From a virus (taxonomy: Duplodnaviria > Caudoviricetes), in IMG/VR virus record IMGVR_UViG_3300026026_000125, positions 1 through 59,205 of that record: 59,205 bases of DNA. One strand, given 5' to 3'. The position numbers and the translations under genes were made by a program. How positions within the stretch are numbered: the stretch's first letter is position 1; each line of letters begins with the position of its first letter. Below are positions 56,590 to 59,205 of the stretch, in pieces. Under the pieces are notes generated by a model that saw nothing but the letters and a program-made list of their open reading frames with translations, was not told where the DNA came from and made no database searches.

Positions 56590-59074
56590 ATCAACCGCTC
56601 CTGATATTACCAGTTCAGAAAACATTAACTTAATGCATGACCATACCGGCGCCTTAATGCCTGTTATCGATTCTGATGCTCAATTTACAGGGATCGATAT
56701 GTCATCATACGCAATATACGTTCATGATGTTGATACGATTAAGAACACTATTATTATAAGTTATACAGAAACAAAATTCAACAACACCGGAACAACATTT
56801 AGTAATTTCTCGCCTAACCATGTCTTCCCAAATCCTGTGAAAATTTCCCATATCGGTAATATCCTGATCGTTTCTGATTACACCGTGGGAGAAACTTATT
56901 ATTCGCTATTTACTGTCTCAACAATGACATATTCTGAATTCTTACGGATTCCTAATAGAATGGAACCTTATTCTATTATTAATTGTGATTTCAAGGGGGT
57001 GTGGGGAACTTTTAATTTACCCTTTTTTTTATCAGACGGTATGTCCGCGCAGACAAGGGCTGAAACAGCATTGGCATTATATGAAAAAACGAACTATGAT
57101 GCTTTAGCACTTGGAAAATTTAATGGTTTCATGTGTTTAAGAATGGCACTTAGATTATATGATGGAACTTTATTTAATGCATCTATACCTCAGATATTAT
57201 ATACTGGAGGCAGTGAAACAAGTAATATGGAGACTACACCAGAATGGATAGATGTTGGAGAAGTTAATCCAATAACTGAATTAGATCATTATGGACATGG
57301 GACTGTACAATATAAATTAACAGGTAGTATTTCTCACATTAATCCTGCTTTCATAAAATCAATAGTTATTTTTGTTACTAAACCAATTCAGAGATGGGAG
57401 GTTACATTTGATAATGTATATACCTTGTCAGTATTACAAAAAGGTATTTCAGAATCAATCCTCAACCAAATATTTTACAAAGTAAAAGAAATACCACTTG
57501 CCGATTTTGATAATTTATCTGAGGTTTGGACAAACTTTGATTTAGGTAATCTTCAGAATCTTGAAACAAATGAATCTTATATCAATGATTCAAATATGAA
57601 TCACGGGATTGCTGCAAGTACTGTATTGAATTACAATTCTCGTCTATTTCTTGGAAATATTAAACAAAAACTATTCAACAAACACACTGTAAGTTATAAT
57701 TTAGAAGCTTATCCAACAGGCCGGGACCATATTTGGGAAATCGAATTACAAACTAATATAGGGATTAAACGAGTCTGGTCAGATACTTATCACGCTGGAT
57801 CAAGTTACGATGTTATACATACCAAAGCAGTGATAGGTTATCCCGACAGGCGAGCGTTTAATTTAAACATAGTAAGGATTGTAAGTGAAATTAATACAAT
57901 CGCTCTTTCACATCTTCTTACGCCTCATCCTACTGAAGATTATTCGTATAAATTTTTCCTACCTTCCCCGGTTTCTTTATTGATTAATCCTTACATTAAT
58001 GATATAGGTTATTCGGCTCAAGGAACATTAGTTATTGACGATAGAAACGATGTTACAATATCGGATGTTAATCAGGTTAAGGCTTCATTAACCAACAATC
58101 CTTTTGTATTTCTTTACAAGAACTCTTACCAGGTGGGGGATTCAAAGATAGTCGCATCAGCGACTCAGGCTATATCTAAATCTTCCGGCCAGTTCGGCCA
58201 ATACCCTCTACTTGTATTCTGTCAAAATGGTGTTTACGCTTTAAATATTAGCTTACAACAAGATGTTTTAATCGATTCTATAGTGCCGATTTCTGACGAA
58301 TCCATTGTCTCCGATCATTCAATAATAAATGTATCAGGGATTATCTATTTTATATCAAAAAAAGGCCTGATTCAATTGAATGGGAAGGATATACAATGTG
58401 TAAGCGACATCACTTCGAATAAATTCATATCGAATAACATCAAGATATTTAATGATGCCAACTTTCAGGTATTTATTAATAACACAAAAACTGTTTTGCT
58501 TCAAGCCTATTTACCTGAAGCTGATGATTTTTTTACTCAAATAAACTCAGCTTATCTATCTTACAGTGAAATGACCAGGGATTTGTTTGTCGGTCCGTTT
58601 AAATTCAACCTCAAAACGCTTCAATGGTCTCGTGCAACAGATTATATCAATTACGCTTTCAACGCAAATGGCTGTAATTACATTATAAAACACGATGACT
58701 GGTCAGAAATATTAAACCTGAATACCGTAAAAACAACACAGTCATACAAAGAAATTTGTTATATCAGCAACCCAGTTAAGATAGTCTCTGATGATATATT
58801 TAAAAAGATTGAAAGGATTTACCTACGCTGCTACGTTAAGACAGGCGTAGATAAATACTTTGGATTTTACGTATATGGCTCTATAGATGGGATAAATTAT
58901 CAGTTCATTACTGGAACTCAAAATACAGGAGAATTTAAAGATTTGGCATTACCCCGTCTGAGCCCTTCGCTAAAATATTTAATTATTATGTTTGCCGGTA
59001 ATGTGTCTCATGAGAGCTACATTAGTTCTGTTGATGTAGATTTTCAGGAAGTTTTGAATCAAAAGCTACACTAA
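56543..59074 (+). CDS. Tail stabilisation/nozzle protein (tail tubular B or P22 gp10-like)
   Basis: 843 aa; ENIN start motif, YNSRLFLGN, NPFVF, GQFGQYPLLVF and FKKIER motifs. Confidence 0.72.
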   Translation: MFTRLNLKGRSRSIRESTAPDITSSENINLMHDHTGALMPVIDSDAQFTGIDMSSYAIYVHDVDTIKNTIIISYTETKFNNTGTTFSNFSPNHVFPNPVKISHIGNILIVSDYTVGETYYSLFTVSTMTYSEFLRIPNRMEPYSIINCDFKGVWGTFNLPFFLSDGMSAQTRAETALALYEKTNYDALALGKFNGFMCLRMALRLYDGTLFNASIPQILYTGGSETSNMETTPEWIDVGEVNPITELDHYGHGTVQYKLTGSISHINPAFIKSIVIFVTKPIQRWEVTFDNVYTLSVLQKGISESILNQIFYKVKEIPLADFDNLSEVWTNFDLGNLQNLETNESYINDSNMNHGIAASTVLNYNSRLFLGNIKQKLFNKHTVSYNLEAYPTGRDHIWEIELQTNIGIKRVWSDTYHAGSSYDVIHTKAVIGYPDRRAFNLNIVRIVSEINTIALSHLLTPHPTEDYSYKFFLPSPVSLLINPYINDIGYSAQGTLVIDDRNDVTISDVNQVKASLTNNPFVFLYKNSYQVGDSKIVASATQAISKSSGQFGQYPLLVFCQNGVYALNISLQQDVLIDSIVPISDESIVSDHSIINVSGIIYFISKKGLIQLNGKDIQCVSDITSNKFISNNIKIFNDANFQVFINNTKTVLLQAYLPEADDFFTQINSAYLSYSEMTRDLFVGPFKFNLKTLQWSRATDYINYAFNANGCNYIIKHDDWSEILNLNTVKTTQSYKEICYISNPVKIVSDDIFKKIERIYLRCYVKTGVDKYFGFYVYGSIDGINYQFITGTQNTGEFKDLALPRLSPSLKYLIIMFAGNVSHESYISSVDVDFQEVLNQKLH

Positions 59075-59205
59075 TTAAGTTCAATCTCTTTTACAAACTT
59101 CAAGACATCATTAATAACAACTGTGTAACAAACTCCATATTTGTAATTTAAAAAAGAATATGCTATTACGCTATCATTTTCATTTAAAAAACTACACATC
59201 AATTT

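Larger units (their letters stand above)
1..59205. mobile_element. Tailed bacteriophage genome (podovirus-like, probable Bacteroidota host), near complete
   Basis: Terminase, portal, scaffold, major capsid, ejection proteins, replication module and many short early ORFs. No host housekeeping block, tape measure or integrase seen. Confidence 0.93.

Noticed and set aside
1-59205. Complete canonical integron or prophage integrase
   Set aside because: No ORF shows the tyrosine recombinase R-H-x-x-R-H-Y pattern or a serine recombinase motif.
1-59205. Diversity-generating retroelement or retron
   Set aside because: No reverse transcriptase motifs and no template/variable repeat pair noticed.
1-59205. 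Stop-codon reassignment
   Set aside because: Long genes are intact in the standard code and all three stops are used.
59071-59205. Proof of circularity from a minus-strand ORF crossing the window ends
   Set aside because: Open frames exist at both ends, but direct joining is out of frame by one base and there is no terminal repeat; unresolved.

Overview
An AT-rich, probably near-complete ~59 kb tailed-phage genome. The host is most likely a Bacteroidota species, judged from TAnnTTTG promoters, Gln-after-signal-peptide proteins and Bacteroidota-like DnaB and DnaA-domain-IV proteins. The left ~22 kb holds early, regulatory, recombination and replication genes (PD-(D/E)XK nuclease, dCMP deaminase, NinB/NinG-like, DUF1376 initiator, DnaB). 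The right ~37 kb holds lysis and podovirus-like virion genes (major capsid, scaffold, terminase, portal, giant polyvalent ejection proteins, tail stabilisation protein) plus a tRNA-Met. Main finding: an integrase-less, integron-like gene-cassette system, made of two arrays (5.1-6.9 kb and 18.3-22.1 kb) and one solitary cassette (3.2-3.6 kb). Each cassette is bounded by its own complementary GTTA.../...TAAC boxes and separated from the next by an attC-like hairpin. Genes run antisense to the canonical attC polarity, and several start codons lie inside the hairpin loops. Both arrays end at the same 15-bp half-site, next to a tiny ribbon-helix-helix-like gene missed by the ORF track. The largest cassettes encode nucleic-acid-modifying enzymes: a Thg1-like polymerase, a two-chain overlapping-frame C5 methylase, an RlmN/Cfr-like radical SAM enzyme and an N6 methylase. 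Other oddities are capsid and tail-like proteins with signal peptides, three tRNA-like minihelices and a polyproline micropeptide. All calls come from reading motifs by eye; no searches or folding programs were run.
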